Shown: positions 9,450 through 18,145 of the stretch, piece after piece
Position numbering within the stretch: position 1 is the first letter of the stretch
How the letters are laid out: each line of letters opens with the position of its first letter
Assembly: GCA_964408485.1 (NCBI GenBank)
Contig: CAYOZJ010000002.1
Location: 69,235-133,234 of the forward strand
DNA from: an uncultured Gammaproteobacteria bacterium
GTDB taxonomy: Bacteria > Patescibacteriota > Microgenomatia > Levybacterales > UBA12049
DNA length: 64,000 nucleotides
Direction: 5' to 3'
Translations under genes and position numbers: made by a program
Notes under the pieces: model-generated
The model's input: only the letters and a program-made list of their open reading frames with translations
Told to the model about the DNA's origin: nothing
The model's database searches: none

Positions 9450-9990
9450 GATTTATACTAAAACAGGGGATAAAGGGAAGACATCACTTTTTGATGGGAC
9501 ACGGGTCAGCAAAGATAATATTAGACTTGAAACATATGGCACATTTGATGAGTTGAGTAGTTATCTAGGGGTTGCACAGTCATTTTCGAAAGATAAAAAA
9601 TTAATAAAAGATTTGCAATCTATTCAAAAGGATTTACTTGATATTGGAGCATGCCTTGCAAATCCGCATAACACCCCTAGCAGAACGTTTTTAACGTACC
9701 TTGATGCAAGAGTCATCTCCTTTGAAAAAAGTATTGATGAGCAGACTCAGAAACTTAAACCATTAACTAGCTTTATTCTCTTTACTGGGAATAGTGCTAG
9801 TGCTTTTTTGCAATTGTCTCGTTCTGTTGCAAGACGATCTGAGAGACGACTTACTACTCTTTCTCAGAAAACCCCTATTGCTGCTGAATTTATCCGTTAT
9901 TTTAATAGACTTTCAGATTTACTCTATACCATGGGGCGTTTTGCCAATAGAACAACAAAAAAAGAAGTTATTTGGGAGCCTTTTAAGTAA
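9439..9990 (+). CDS. pduO: PduO-type cob(I)alamin adenosyltransferase
   Basis: KIYTKTGDKGKTSL, YGTFDELSS, RSVARRSER, YFNRLSDLLY. Confidence 0.93.
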   Translation: MSSKIYTKTGDKGKTSLFDGTRVSKDNIRLETYGTFDELSSYLGVAQSFSKDKKLIKDLQSIQKDLLDIGACLANPHNTPSRTFLTYLDARVISFEKSIDEQTQKLKPLTSFILFTGNSASAFLQLSRSVARRSERRLTTLSQKTPIAAEFIRYFNRLSDLLYTMGRFANRTTKKEVIWEPFK

Positions 9991-9992
9991 AT

Positions 9993-11252
9993 ATGGAGCA
10001 GAGTCCACACATGCAGAAAGTACAGGAAATTCATAGTGCTGTAACAGCAAGAAGAAACAAATTCCTTACCGAATATCAAAATCCACGACAAGGGAAGAGG
10101 GCACTTACTTATGAGCCAGCTCTGGATAGAGAAGTGTATAAGGTACTTAAAAGGTATGAACACGATCCTGAAAAAAATGCCTATGTGCACGTGCAGAATG
10201 AGTTAAATGCCTATACAGAGTTTCAGGTAGAAACATTTATTGGAGAACGGCTCAACGTTGGATTATCTTCATTTCGGTACGATTTGCGAGACGGCGAAAT
10301 GTATGGACAAGGAATGAATGAATCCCTTCTAGACATGATTTCCAGGGGGAGGGCATATCGAGAGCAAAGAGTAAAAGATGTTGATATACCAAGACAGGAA
10401 GCAGAAATTGTTCAATTTACCAAAATTCAAGATGTTATGACTAGCCCTCAGGCTGAGCTAGGTACGACCATTGTATCCATCTCCCCGCCTGGCGGAGAAG
10501 GATCGGTCTACGCGCATAATTTTTATGACGTTTTTGTTTTATCCGAAGATAGTGAAAAAAATCGATACGTTGCTGCACGCAGATATGCATCGGGATTATC
10601 ATTAGACGAGTATAAACAACTTGCTTCTCACCTTTCTGCGGGATATATGAATGATTATCGAGGTGAATCATTGGATAGTTACTTCTTATCCAAGCCATTA
10701 GTACTTGCCCAAAGCTCTTTGCTGTCTGGTGATCCAGAAGCAATTCATAAATTCCTTCATAAGGGTCATGAGTTTTTATCAAGTGAAGACTTTAATTATG
10801 TTAAGCGAGCAATTGCAGGATTAATCACAAGTTACGTTAATACACTTGTTGAGAATCCATCAGACGAGTTGCTGCTCAATAGTACATTGAACGTTATTAT
10901 GAATGAAGCAGATACTGTGGCTGATAATCTCAAGTATCCTTCGCGGCGTATTATAGAAATTCATGACCGATCAGTACGGGGATCACTTACTAGGGAGGAT
11001 ATACTTTCTGAAGGAAAGAAAAAAGTAAGGTCTGTTGCAACCGGATGTGGCGAATCTACCGGATTTGAGGTTGGAGGAGAGAATAGGTTGGGAAGTAATA
11101 TGTCTTCATTTAACAGTATGTACGATTTTGGTACAGATACACTTGGATCGCGAACATTTCATTGTCCAGATTGTGGAGAGATGAATCTGCGTCCATTAGA
11201 TGAGACTCTAAAAGAGTGTCAAAACTGTCATAGTCCAAAAGTTGCATGTTGA
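9993..11252 (+). CDS. Hypothetical protein with C-terminal zinc ribbon
   Basis: 419-aa ORF with CPDC..CQNC at the C-terminus. Confidence 0.7.
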   Translation: MEQSPHMQKVQEIHSAVTARRNKFLTEYQNPRQGKRALTYEPALDREVYKVLKRYEHDPEKNAYVHVQNELNAYTEFQVETFIGERLNVGLSSFRYDLRDGEMYGQGMNESLLDMISRGRAYREQRVKDVDIPRQEAEIVQFTKIQDVMTSPQAELGTTIVSISPPGGEGSVYAHNFYDVFVLSEDSEKNRYVAARRYASGLSLDEYKQLASHLSAGYMNDYRGESLDSYFLSKPLVLAQSSLLSGDPEAIHKFLHKGHEFLSSEDFNYVKRAIAGLITSYVNTLVENPSDELLLNSTLNVIMNEADTVADNLKYPSRRIIEIHDRSVRGSLTREDILSEGKKKVRSVATGCGESTGFEVGGENRLGSNMSSFNSMYDFGTDTLGSRTFHCPDCGEMNLRPLDETLKECQNCHSPKVAC

Positions 11253-11303
11253 CGGAGACAACATGCAATCCTGAGCGTAGTCGAAGGATCTCCTCCTTAT
11301 TTT

Positions 11304-11465
11304 ATGGAAGAATGTGTTGAGTGTTTTAAAATTAAATGTCGCGGATGCGGGTGGGAGCCAAATGAAGAGGAAGTTTTACTGGTTCAGTCTGGGAAATTAA
11401 CAACATGCCCTGAGTGTGGGTGGAGACCAGGAGAAATTCCTAATTATCATAGTCAGGATCTATAG
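11304..11465 (+). CDS. Small 53-aa zinc-ribbon protein (below the ORF-track cutoff)
   Basis: MEECVECFKIKCRGCGWEP...TCPECGWRPG; three CxxC pairs. Confidence 0.65.
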   Translation: MEECVECFKIKCRGCGWEPNEEEVLLVQSGKLTTCPECGWRPGEIPNYHSQDL

Positions 11466-11685
11466 CATCACTCGCTAATTCGAGAATACTACTTCTCATT
11501 TTTCGTCCTATTCGTTTCGGAAAAGTTTCAATCGGAGCTTCTTGAAAATCCGTTATAGACTGACTAAACCAATCTTCAGCGAGACTTCTTCTTTCTTCTA
11601 CCCCCAAACGTCTTACATGAGGTTCTAAGGCAGCCCTTGTTGCACCTCTAAGAAGTTTTCGTACTGGACTTTCATTGTATACCAT
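11440..11685 (-). CDS. Small hypothetical protein
   Basis: 81-aa ORF with TATAAT about 6 nt before ATG. Confidence 0.55.
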   Translation of the reverse strand: MVYNESPVRKLLRGATRAALEPHVRRLGVEERRSLAEDWFSQSITDFQEAPIETFPKRIGRKMRSSILELASDAIDPDYDN

Positions 11686-11799
11686 GGGGGAATTATATAT
11701 GATTATAGGTTATATGTCAAAAAAGTAAGAAAACAATTGTTGGGTTTTTGAAAGGTTAATTTCATTGCCTCGTTTGTCAATGAATGCTATCATGGAGCT

Positions 11800-12267
11800 A
11801 TGGATCCCAAGACTCAGCAACCAATTCAAAATCCTGTCCCACAACAACCAACGCAACCGCCTATTCAGCAGCCGGTTAGACAACCAGTTGCTCCAATGCC
11901 AGCACAACCAATAAGTGGAGGATCCAAAGAAGCACCTGTCCCACTAGGAGCAGCACAAGAATGGGTTAGTCCGTCTACTCCTGAAGTTGTTATGCCAAAA
12001 GAAGTGTCAGAAGCAGGAGTTGAAGCAACACCGGTAATACAACCTATTCCTCAGCAGGTCCAGCAGCTTGGCGTACAGCATGCAAAAGAAGCAACACCTG
12101 TAGAATCTGTTGTTGCTGAGCCTTTAGGACTAAAAACCTCTCGTTCTGTTTTGGATCAGTTAAAGGCTGCGCATAAGAGCGTAAAGGAGTCTTTTTCTTG
12201 GCTTATTCGTCTTATTCTGAAAGAGCAAGAGAAAAAAGAAAACCATACAACATCAGGATATAATTAA
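11800..12267 (+). CDS. Pro/Gln-rich hypothetical protein
   Basis: Low-complexity N-terminus; directly upstream of the VirD4-like ATPase. Confidence 0.7.
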   Translation: MDPKTQQPIQNPVPQQPTQPPIQQPVRQPVAPMPAQPISGGSKEAPVPLGAAQEWVSPSTPEVVMPKEVSEAGVEATPVIQPIPQQVQQLGVQHAKEATPVESVVAEPLGLKTSRSVLDQLKAAHKSVKESFSWLIRLILKEQEKKENHTTSGYN

Positions 12268-12270
12268 GTT

Positions 12271-14640
12271 ATGCAAAACCTCGCCCAATTAAATGTATTT
12301 GATCTTTTGTCTTCCTTGGCAGCATCGTTTTTGATGCTTGGCTTACTCGGCGTTATTGGTTACTTTGGCGGTTATGCGCTTTTTCTGTGGTATAAGTGGA
12401 GGGATAGAGAGAAGTCCTCCCTAGACAGTGTTCTTCTACAAGTTTCTATGCCTCGGGATAATGAAATAAAAATCGATGCAGCAGAGCAGTTATTTGCCGG
12501 ATTTGCGTCTTTGCATAAGAGTGGAAGATTTGCATTTCTTCACCCACAACAACATATTTCTTTTGAATTGGTTGGCAAGCCAGGAGATATTCGCTACTAC
12601 ATTCATGTGCCAAAAAAACTTCGAGATTTAGTTGAAAAACAAATTAACGGGTCATATCCAGATGCAGACATAACGGTTGTTGATGAAAATGATGTAAAGC
12701 AAAAAGGTGTTATTGGTAATGAGTACAACATTTTTACGGAAGATGGGAAGGTTGCATTTGCTTCGTGGCGACCAAAAGGATCAGGATATTCACCAATGAA
12801 AATTTATAAAGACATGGCAGTTGATGGAATGAGTCTTCTCACGTCCACTATGGCAAAAATGCAAGAAGGTGAGGGAATGGCATTGCAAATTCTCCTTAGT
12901 CCAGCAGATAGCACGTGGAAAAAAGCAGGACGAGCGCACATTGGGAAAGTGAAAAAAGCAGAAAGTAATCCTGAGAAAGCAAGTTATTCTGCAGATCCAA
13001 AAGAGCTTGAGGCAATAGAAAATAAAATCAGTAAGGCAGGATTTGAGGTTATTATACGGGCTGTTGTGTGTTCATCAACCATGGAGGCGGCAAAAGGACA
13101 TTTAGATAATGTTGGAAGTGCTTTGGCAATGTTTGGCGGAGCAAATTCACTCACAAAAAATAAGCACCGCTTTAAAGGACTTTTTATGCAGGATTTTATT
13201 TATCGGTACTGGCCAATGTATAAAGGGACAGGAATTCTATCTTCAGAAGAATTGGCAACAATCTTCCATTTTCCAAATAAGCAAATAACAACTCCTGGCA
13301 TTTTCTGGCTTACATCCAAGCGTGCCCCCGCGCCAACACAAATTCCAGACACTGGACTCTTTCTTGGAAGAAGTACCTTTCGTGGTCTTTCACGACCTGT
13401 CCATATGCTTCAAGAAGATAGAGCTCGTCATATGTATATCATTGGTAAGACAGGTACGGGAAAATCGCAATTTCTTAAGCAAATGATTGTCCAGGATATA
13501 GAAAATGGTGAAGGTATCTGCGTGATTGATCCTCACGGTGACTTAATCGAGGAAATTCTTCTTCGTGTGCCGCCAAGTAGGGCAGAGGATGTAATTGTTT
13601 TTGATCCATCAGATACCCAGCGACCAATGGGAATCAATATTATGGAGGCATATACAGAGGATGAGAAGCACTACATGGTGTCTAGTATTATTGGCTTGTT
13701 TTACAAACTGTACGATCCAAATAAGACTGGTATTGTCGGTCCTCGACTTGAGCATGGCATTCGAAATGCAATGCTTACAGTTATGGCAGAACCAGGGAAC
13801 ACATTTATTGAAGTGCAACGTGCTATGACCGACAGCAATTTTGTCCAAGAGCTTTTACCAAAAGTGAATGACCCTATTATTAAGAGGTACTGGACTGACC
13901 AGATTGCTCAGACAAGTGATTTCCATAAGTCAGAAGTTTTGGATTACACCGTGTCGAAGTTTGGCCGCTTTATTACCAATAAATTAATGAGAAATATTAT
14001 TGGGCAATCTAAATCAGCATTTGATTTTAGAAAAATCATGGATGAGAAAAAGATTTTTCTTGTTAATTTGTCCAAAGGAAAAGTAGGGGAGGAAAATTCC
14101 CAATTCCTAGGTCTTATTCTTGTACCAAAGCTTTTAACAGCGGCAATGAGTAGACAAGATATTCCATATGATCAGCGTAAGGATTTTTATTTGTATGTTG
14201 ATGAATTTCAGAATTTTGCTACCCCCGACTTTGCTGCAATCCTTTCTGAGGCCCGTAAATACAAGCTTAATCTTATTGTTGCAAATCAGTTTACTGGGCA
14301 GATGGAAGATGATGTGAAGAATGCTATTTTTGGTAATGTGGGTACAATTGCATCTTTCAGAGTTGGTGTTCAGGATGCAAATTTTCTGCAGCATGAGTTT
14401 CAACCAACCTTTGCGGAGACAGACTTAATTAATGTAGACAGATTTAACGCGTATATTCGAACCGTTGTCCACGGTGAGCCTGTTAGCTCTTTTTCAATTG
14501 ATGTTACAAAAGATATGGCAAAGGAAAAAGCATTGGATAATCCAAGAGTTGCTGAGTTGATTAAGGAACTGTCTCGACTTAAGTATGCAAAAGACATTCA
14601 TCAGGTAGAGGCAGAAATTTCAGCGCGCGCGCGTCTGTAA
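12271..14640 (+). CDS. VirD4/TraD-like (type IV secretion DNA-binding domain) membrane ATPase
   Basis: N-terminal TM helix, HMYIIGKTGTGKS Walker A, VIDPHGD, LYVDEFQNF Walker B, SEARKY. Confidence 0.88.
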   Translation: MQNLAQLNVFDLLSSLAASFLMLGLLGVIGYFGGYALFLWYKWRDREKSSLDSVLLQVSMPRDNEIKIDAAEQLFAGFASLHKSGRFAFLHPQQHISFELVGKPGDIRYYIHVPKKLRDLVEKQINGSYPDADITVVDENDVKQKGVIGNEYNIFTEDGKVAFASWRPKGSGYSPMKIYKDMAVDGMSLLTSTMAKMQEGEGMALQILLSPADSTWKKAGRAHIGKVKKAESNPEKASYSADPKELEAIENKISKAGFEVIIRAVVCSSTMEAAKGHLDNVGSALAMFGGANSLTKNKHRFKGLFMQDFIYRYWPMYKGTGILSSEELATIFHFPNKQITTPGIFWLTSKRAPAPTQIPDTGLFLGRSTFRGLSRPVHMLQEDRARHMYIIGKTGTGKSQFLKQMIVQDIENGEGICVIDPHGDLIEEILLRVPPSRAEDVIVFDPSDTQRPMGINIMEAYTEDEKHYMVSSIIGLFYKLYDPNKTGIVGPRLEHGIRNAMLTVMAEPGNTFIEVQRAMTDSNFVQELLPKVNDPIIKRYWTDQIAQTSDFHKSEVLDYTVSKFGRFITNKLMRNIIGQSKSAFDFRKIMDEKKIFLVNLSKGKVGEENSQFLGLILVPKLLTAAMSRQDIPYDQRKDFYLYVDEFQNFATPDFAAILSEARKYKLNLIVANQFTGQMEDDVKNAIFGNVGTIASFRVGVQDANFLQHEFQPTFAETDLINVDRFNAYIRTVVHGEPVSSFSIDVTKDMAKEKALDNPRVAELIKELSRLKYAKDIHQVEAEISARARL

Positions 14641-14681
14641 GCTTTTCTGAGAGCCTCAAATCTGCTACAATTCACTCACTT

Positions 14682-14755
14682 GGGTCGGTAGCTCAGTTGG
14701 TTAGAGCACTTGTCTTATACACAGGCTGTCGGAGGTTCGAGTCCTCCCCGACCCA
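14682..14755 (+). tRNA. tRNA-Ile(UAU)
   Basis: Cloverleaf: GGGTCGG/CCGACCC, D arm GCTC/GAGC, anticodon stem CTTGT/ACAGG with loop CT-TAT-AC, T loop TTCGAGT, discriminator A; no encoded CCA. Confidence 0.88.
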
Positions 14756-14760
14756 CTGGA

Positions 14761-14792
14761 AAAATCCTTTCCCTTGGGGAGAGGATTTTTTT
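14761..14792 (+). terminator. Intrinsic terminator after the tRNA
   Basis: aaaatcctttccc/ggggagaggatttt stem followed by a T run. Confidence 0.75.
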
Positions 14793-14801
14793 ATTGGTTG
14801 T

Positions 14802-14892
14802 GGACTCGAATGCCGGACTGAAGCGTAGCTGAAGGAGGCGGGGTCGCGAGGCGACAAAGTTGAACTTGTGACCGAGTCCTGCCCGACCCACT
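14802..14892. repeat. Structured element ending in a duplicate of the tRNA 3' end
   Basis: 14873-14892 matches 14738-14757 at 19/20; ggactcg (14802) pairs with cgagtcc; internal ggtcgcgag/cttgtgacc stem. Confidence 0.75.
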
Positions 14893-14942
14893 AACACCTC
14901 ATTGACTCCTGAGCCTACTAGGTGTATGATTTTTGCTTCTTT

Positions 14943-16184
14943 ATGAAAACCGGCGTTATTGTTGATGCCTATTCGTCAGGGAGCTTACTTGCTCCTGAGT
15001 TTGCCAAGAAAGGTTATCAAATGATTCATGTTAGGAGTAAAGAAATCCCCGATAGGGCATATACTAATGCCCCTTTTCAGAAAAAGGATTTTATCGAAGA
15101 TATTTATGAGCCTGACCCTCAAAAACTTCTTGAAAGACTAAAGCAATACGATATCAGATTTGTCATTCCCGGAATTGAAACATCAGTTGAGCTGGCAGAT
15201 TTTTTAAGTGAAAGCCTTAATCTTCCCACCAATGGAACAGTATTAAGTTTTGCCAGACGAGATAAGTATGAAATGGTTAAACTTATTCGTAAAGCAGGGC
15301 TTCATACGGCAAGACAGATTAAGACAAATTCCCTTGAAGAAATGCTCACATTCGGAAGAAGTCTTTCTCAATTTCATGTTGTTTTAAAAGCATTGCGCAG
15401 TGCAGGCAATGATTTGGTATTTATTGCAAAAAATGAAGAGGAAGCGCGTGTTGGTTTTGAGAAAATCCTTGCAACAAAAACACAATTCATGGAAAACAAC
15501 ACGACTGTTTGTGTTCAGGAATTTCTAGAAGGGGAGGAATATATTGTAGATACTGTATCAGCCAACGGTCACGTTGTCGTAACAGACATATGGCGTCATA
15601 CATTCTCTCCCGCTAATGGATTGCCTGTTTTCTATGACTATGACGAACTTCTCTCACCAAGTGATCCCGATGCTGCAGAACTTTGTGAGTACACAGTAAA
15701 GGCTGTTAAAGCATTGGGAATTAAGTGGGGGCCAGCACATCCTGAAATTATGCTTACGCCGGACGGTCCGGCAGTTATTGAAATTGGTGCACGACTCGCA
15801 GGGGCAGGTATTCCTAAGCTTGCAAGAATAGGTCTTGGAAAAGCGCAAGTTGAATACACTGTTGCAGCATTTACGGATGTAAAAGAATTTGAAAACATGG
15901 TAAAGGAGAAAGTAAAACGTGCTAATTATTGCCTGTGGGTTTTACTCCTCTCGCATAATGAGGGAATATTGCAAAATCTTGAAAAATTTAACGATTTAGA
16001 AAAGCTTCCATCTTTTTATGAAAAGATTCTGGAAGTAAAGGTAGGGGAGAAGATAAAGAAAACACTTGATCTTACTTCAACTCCAGGTTTTGTTTTTTTA
16101 GTACACCCAGACAGGAATGTTGTTATGAATGACTATAAAAAGATTAGAGAACTTGAAGAAAATGGTCTATTTCCAGTAAAGTAA
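14943..16184 (+). CDS. ATP-grasp domain protein (L-amino-acid ligase/NikS-like)
   Basis: IVDAYSSG, ARRDKYEM, VQEFLEGEEYIVD, GPAHPEI, IEIGARLAG. Confidence 0.85.
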   Translation: MKTGVIVDAYSSGSLLAPEFAKKGYQMIHVRSKEIPDRAYTNAPFQKKDFIEDIYEPDPQKLLERLKQYDIRFVIPGIETSVELADFLSESLNLPTNGTVLSFARRDKYEMVKLIRKAGLHTARQIKTNSLEEMLTFGRSLSQFHVVLKALRSAGNDLVFIAKNEEEARVGFEKILATKTQFMENNTTVCVQEFLEGEEYIVDTVSANGHVVVTDIWRHTFSPANGLPVFYDYDELLSPSDPDAAELCEYTVKAVKALGIKWGPAHPEIMLTPDGPAVIEIGARLAGAGIPKLARIGLGKAQVEYTVAAFTDVKEFENMVKEKVKRANYCLWVLLLSHNEGILQNLEKFNDLEKLPSFYEKILEVKVGEKIKKTLDLTSTPGFVFLVHPDRNVVMNDYKKIRELEENGLFPVK

Positions 16185-18041
16185 CTAGGCTGCAAGCATT
16201 CTCCTATGGGTGTTTTCTTGTTTTCCTAATTCATATTCAATAATCCCATCAATAACTGCTGATTCAAGTGCATCAAAATCTCCCATGGATGCTATCGGAG
16301 CGCGCTCATTTGGTCCATGCTCGCCTTTATACTGGGGGCCGTTACTTGCCGCATGTAAAATAAAATCAGGACCAAAAAGTTCCCACAATTTATCCCGAAG
16401 AATCTTGATTTCAACGCCTGCATGAATTGTCGTTGTTTTGAATTTTTTATCTGATGGCAATGCTTTTGCTGCAGCTTTCTCTTCTATCTCTACAATTGGA
16501 TCAGAAAAGTCCGGTTGCCATGGGTAACCGATAAGCTCTGGGATAAAAGTAGTAGTTGCATCAAATTCATTCAAAACATTTCTAATAGCAGTTGCACGAA
16601 TACCATCATCTCCAAGCTGCTCGTTTTGTGAGCTTCTGGACATGATTGTTATCTGTATGCCTTCATCGGTAGTGTGTATGACAGAAAGATTGGATGACGT
16701 TTCGATTGCTTCTGGATCATTTGGACTCCATTCAATACCGAGTACACCATCTGGATTTAATGTATCTAAAAGCGCAAGTGTTTTATTTGTTGCAGCAGAT
16801 GTCATTGGAGGCATATTTTGTGTTTCTTTTCTTTCCTCAACGCGTCTGACCGTCAGAACATCTACTTCATCATCTTCTGCAATATCAGGATGTTCTTCAG
16901 AAAATCGTTTTAAGTCAACAACAGCTTGTGCATTTTTTACAGTTACCATTTCCTGTATTTGAGAAAGTATCTCATCTTCTTTGCCTTCTGGTACTGCTAA
17001 TACGAGATTTCTCACATCTATAGGAATTCCGTTGTGAGCATGTCCTCCATCCATTGCAACAAGGCGAATATCTTCTAAGCCCTCAATATCTTTTAATTGT
17101 CTAAACATTTCTGTAGCCTCAGTTATCTTATTCCATCTGCCGTTACCAATTCTGTCCCGCTCATCTCCAGAATGTCCACCTTGTGTGCCAAAAAGTCCTA
17201 GTGAAAGATGGGTAAATCCTTCGGGCATGGAAGGTTCTCGTGGTGTTTCAAGTGTTACTTTCGATCCAGTAAGTCCTGCATCACCAACAATACCGTTGAG
17301 TCGAGAATTATCTATATTAAGCAGATACCATTCTTTAGGCAATGGTTTGTCACCAAGTAGCTGTTCTCTTGTAAAAGAAAATGCTTTTGCGCCAAGAAGT
17401 CCAGGTTCTTCATCAGAGGTAGCATCTAAGTTGAGATCGGGATGTGCTTTATTTTCTCGTGAGACATGCTCAAGATATGCCATTCCCCAGGAAAGGGCCC
17501 ATGCGCAGTCAATACCTGATGATGTTTCAATACCTGACATCCAAAGGATAGGTTTGCCTGTTTTTTTATCAGGTATTTCCTTGAGCTGAAGAGCAACTCC
17601 TGCAACTGAAGGCTCGAGAAAGCCTACGTTTGCATCACTTACCATATCGTAATGACCTTGCATGTGAATTGCAGGCATTGCTTCAAATGGTTCTCCGCCA
17701 TAGGCTGCCAGATGCATATTAACATTGCCTGCTTTATCAATGCGGAAAGAAAGTTTTTGTTGCATCTCAGGATTTGTATTAAATTGATCTGTATATGCAG
17801 AGAAATATCCCATCATACCCAACTTATCTCCCGGTCCTCGGGGGATAAGAGAGATTTCTGTTGAGTAAAGTTCCAAGGCTCGAAGCGCAACAGGGGAGAG
17901 ATTCAGACGCTCTGGATTACCTGGTGTGAGTTCGTTTCTTCGTTTTACTTCACCGAAAACGGCGAGATTATTTGCGAGGTATTGCTCGGGTTGTAATCTT
18001 TTTCCGGCCTCTGGTCCTTGTTGTATTCTTAGTCTTTCCAT
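16185..18041 (-). CDS. M20 metallopeptidase, PepD (aminoacyl-histidine dipeptidase)-like
   Basis: QGHYDMV, GIDC, TSDEEPGLLGA, LLNID, GGHSG, IETSSNL, YPWQP, IHAGVE, HGPNER. Confidence 0.85.
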   Translation of the reverse strand: MERLRIQQGPEAGKRLQPEQYLANNLAVFGEVKRRNELTPGNPERLNLSPVALRALELYSTEISLIPRGPGDKLGMMGYFSAYTDQFNTNPEMQQKLSFRIDKAGNVNMHLAAYGGEPFEAMPAIHMQGHYDMVSDANVGFLEPSVAGVALQLKEIPDKKTGKPILWMSGIETSSGIDCAWALSWGMAYLEHVSRENKAHPDLNLDATSDEEPGLLGAKAFSFTREQLLGDKPLPKEWYLLNIDNSRLNGIVGDAGLTGSKVTLETPREPSMPEGFTHLSLGLFGTQGGHSGDERDRIGNGRWNKITEATEMFRQLKDIEGLEDIRLVAMDGGHAHNGIPIDVRNLVLAVPEGKEDEILSQIQEMVTVKNAQAVVDLKRFSEEHPDIAEDDEVDVLTVRRVEERKETQNMPPMTSAATNKTLALLDTLNPDGVLGIEWSPNDPEAIETSSNLSVIHTTDEGIQITIMSRSSQNEQLGDDGIRATAIRNVLNEFDATTTFIPELIGYPWQPDFSDPIVEIEEKAAAKALPSDKKFKTTTIHAGVEIKILRDKLWELFGPDFILHAASNGPQYKGEHGPNERAPIASMGDFDALESAVIDGIIEYELGKQENTHRRMLAA

Positions 18042-18052
18042 AGTGTTTTAAT

Positions 18053-18103
18053 AAAAAAATCTCCCTTTGGACAGGGAGATGTATTTGCTTCAACAATCTC
18101 CCT
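18053..18103 (-). terminator. Terminator/antiterminator switch upstream of the PepD-like gene
   Basis: Minus strand: AGGGAGAT (18103-18096), ATCTCCCT (18080-18073), AGGGAGAT (18066-18059) then a T run; two mutually exclusive 8-bp stems. Confidence 0.75.
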
Positions 18104-18105
18104 TA

Positions 18106-18144
18106 CTAGGAAAGAATGATTGAACATGCTGCAAAATGGTGCAT
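18106..18144 (-). CDS. Putative attenuator leader peptide MHHFAACSIILS
   Basis: ATG 1 nt after the recombinase stop (TAATATG); tandem His codons; stop codon 2 nt before the antiterminator arm. Confidence 0.6.
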   Translation of the reverse strand: MHHFAACSIILS

Positions 18145-18145
18145 A

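Noticed and set aside
12271-14640. VirD4-like ATPase as evidence of a conjugative element
   Set aside because: No relaxase, VirB4 or mating-pair genes nearby; such ATPases are common chromosomal genes in CPR.
14715-14897. 60-aa minus-strand ORF with an internal repeat
   Set aside because: It is the antisense of the tRNA and its duplicated 3' end.
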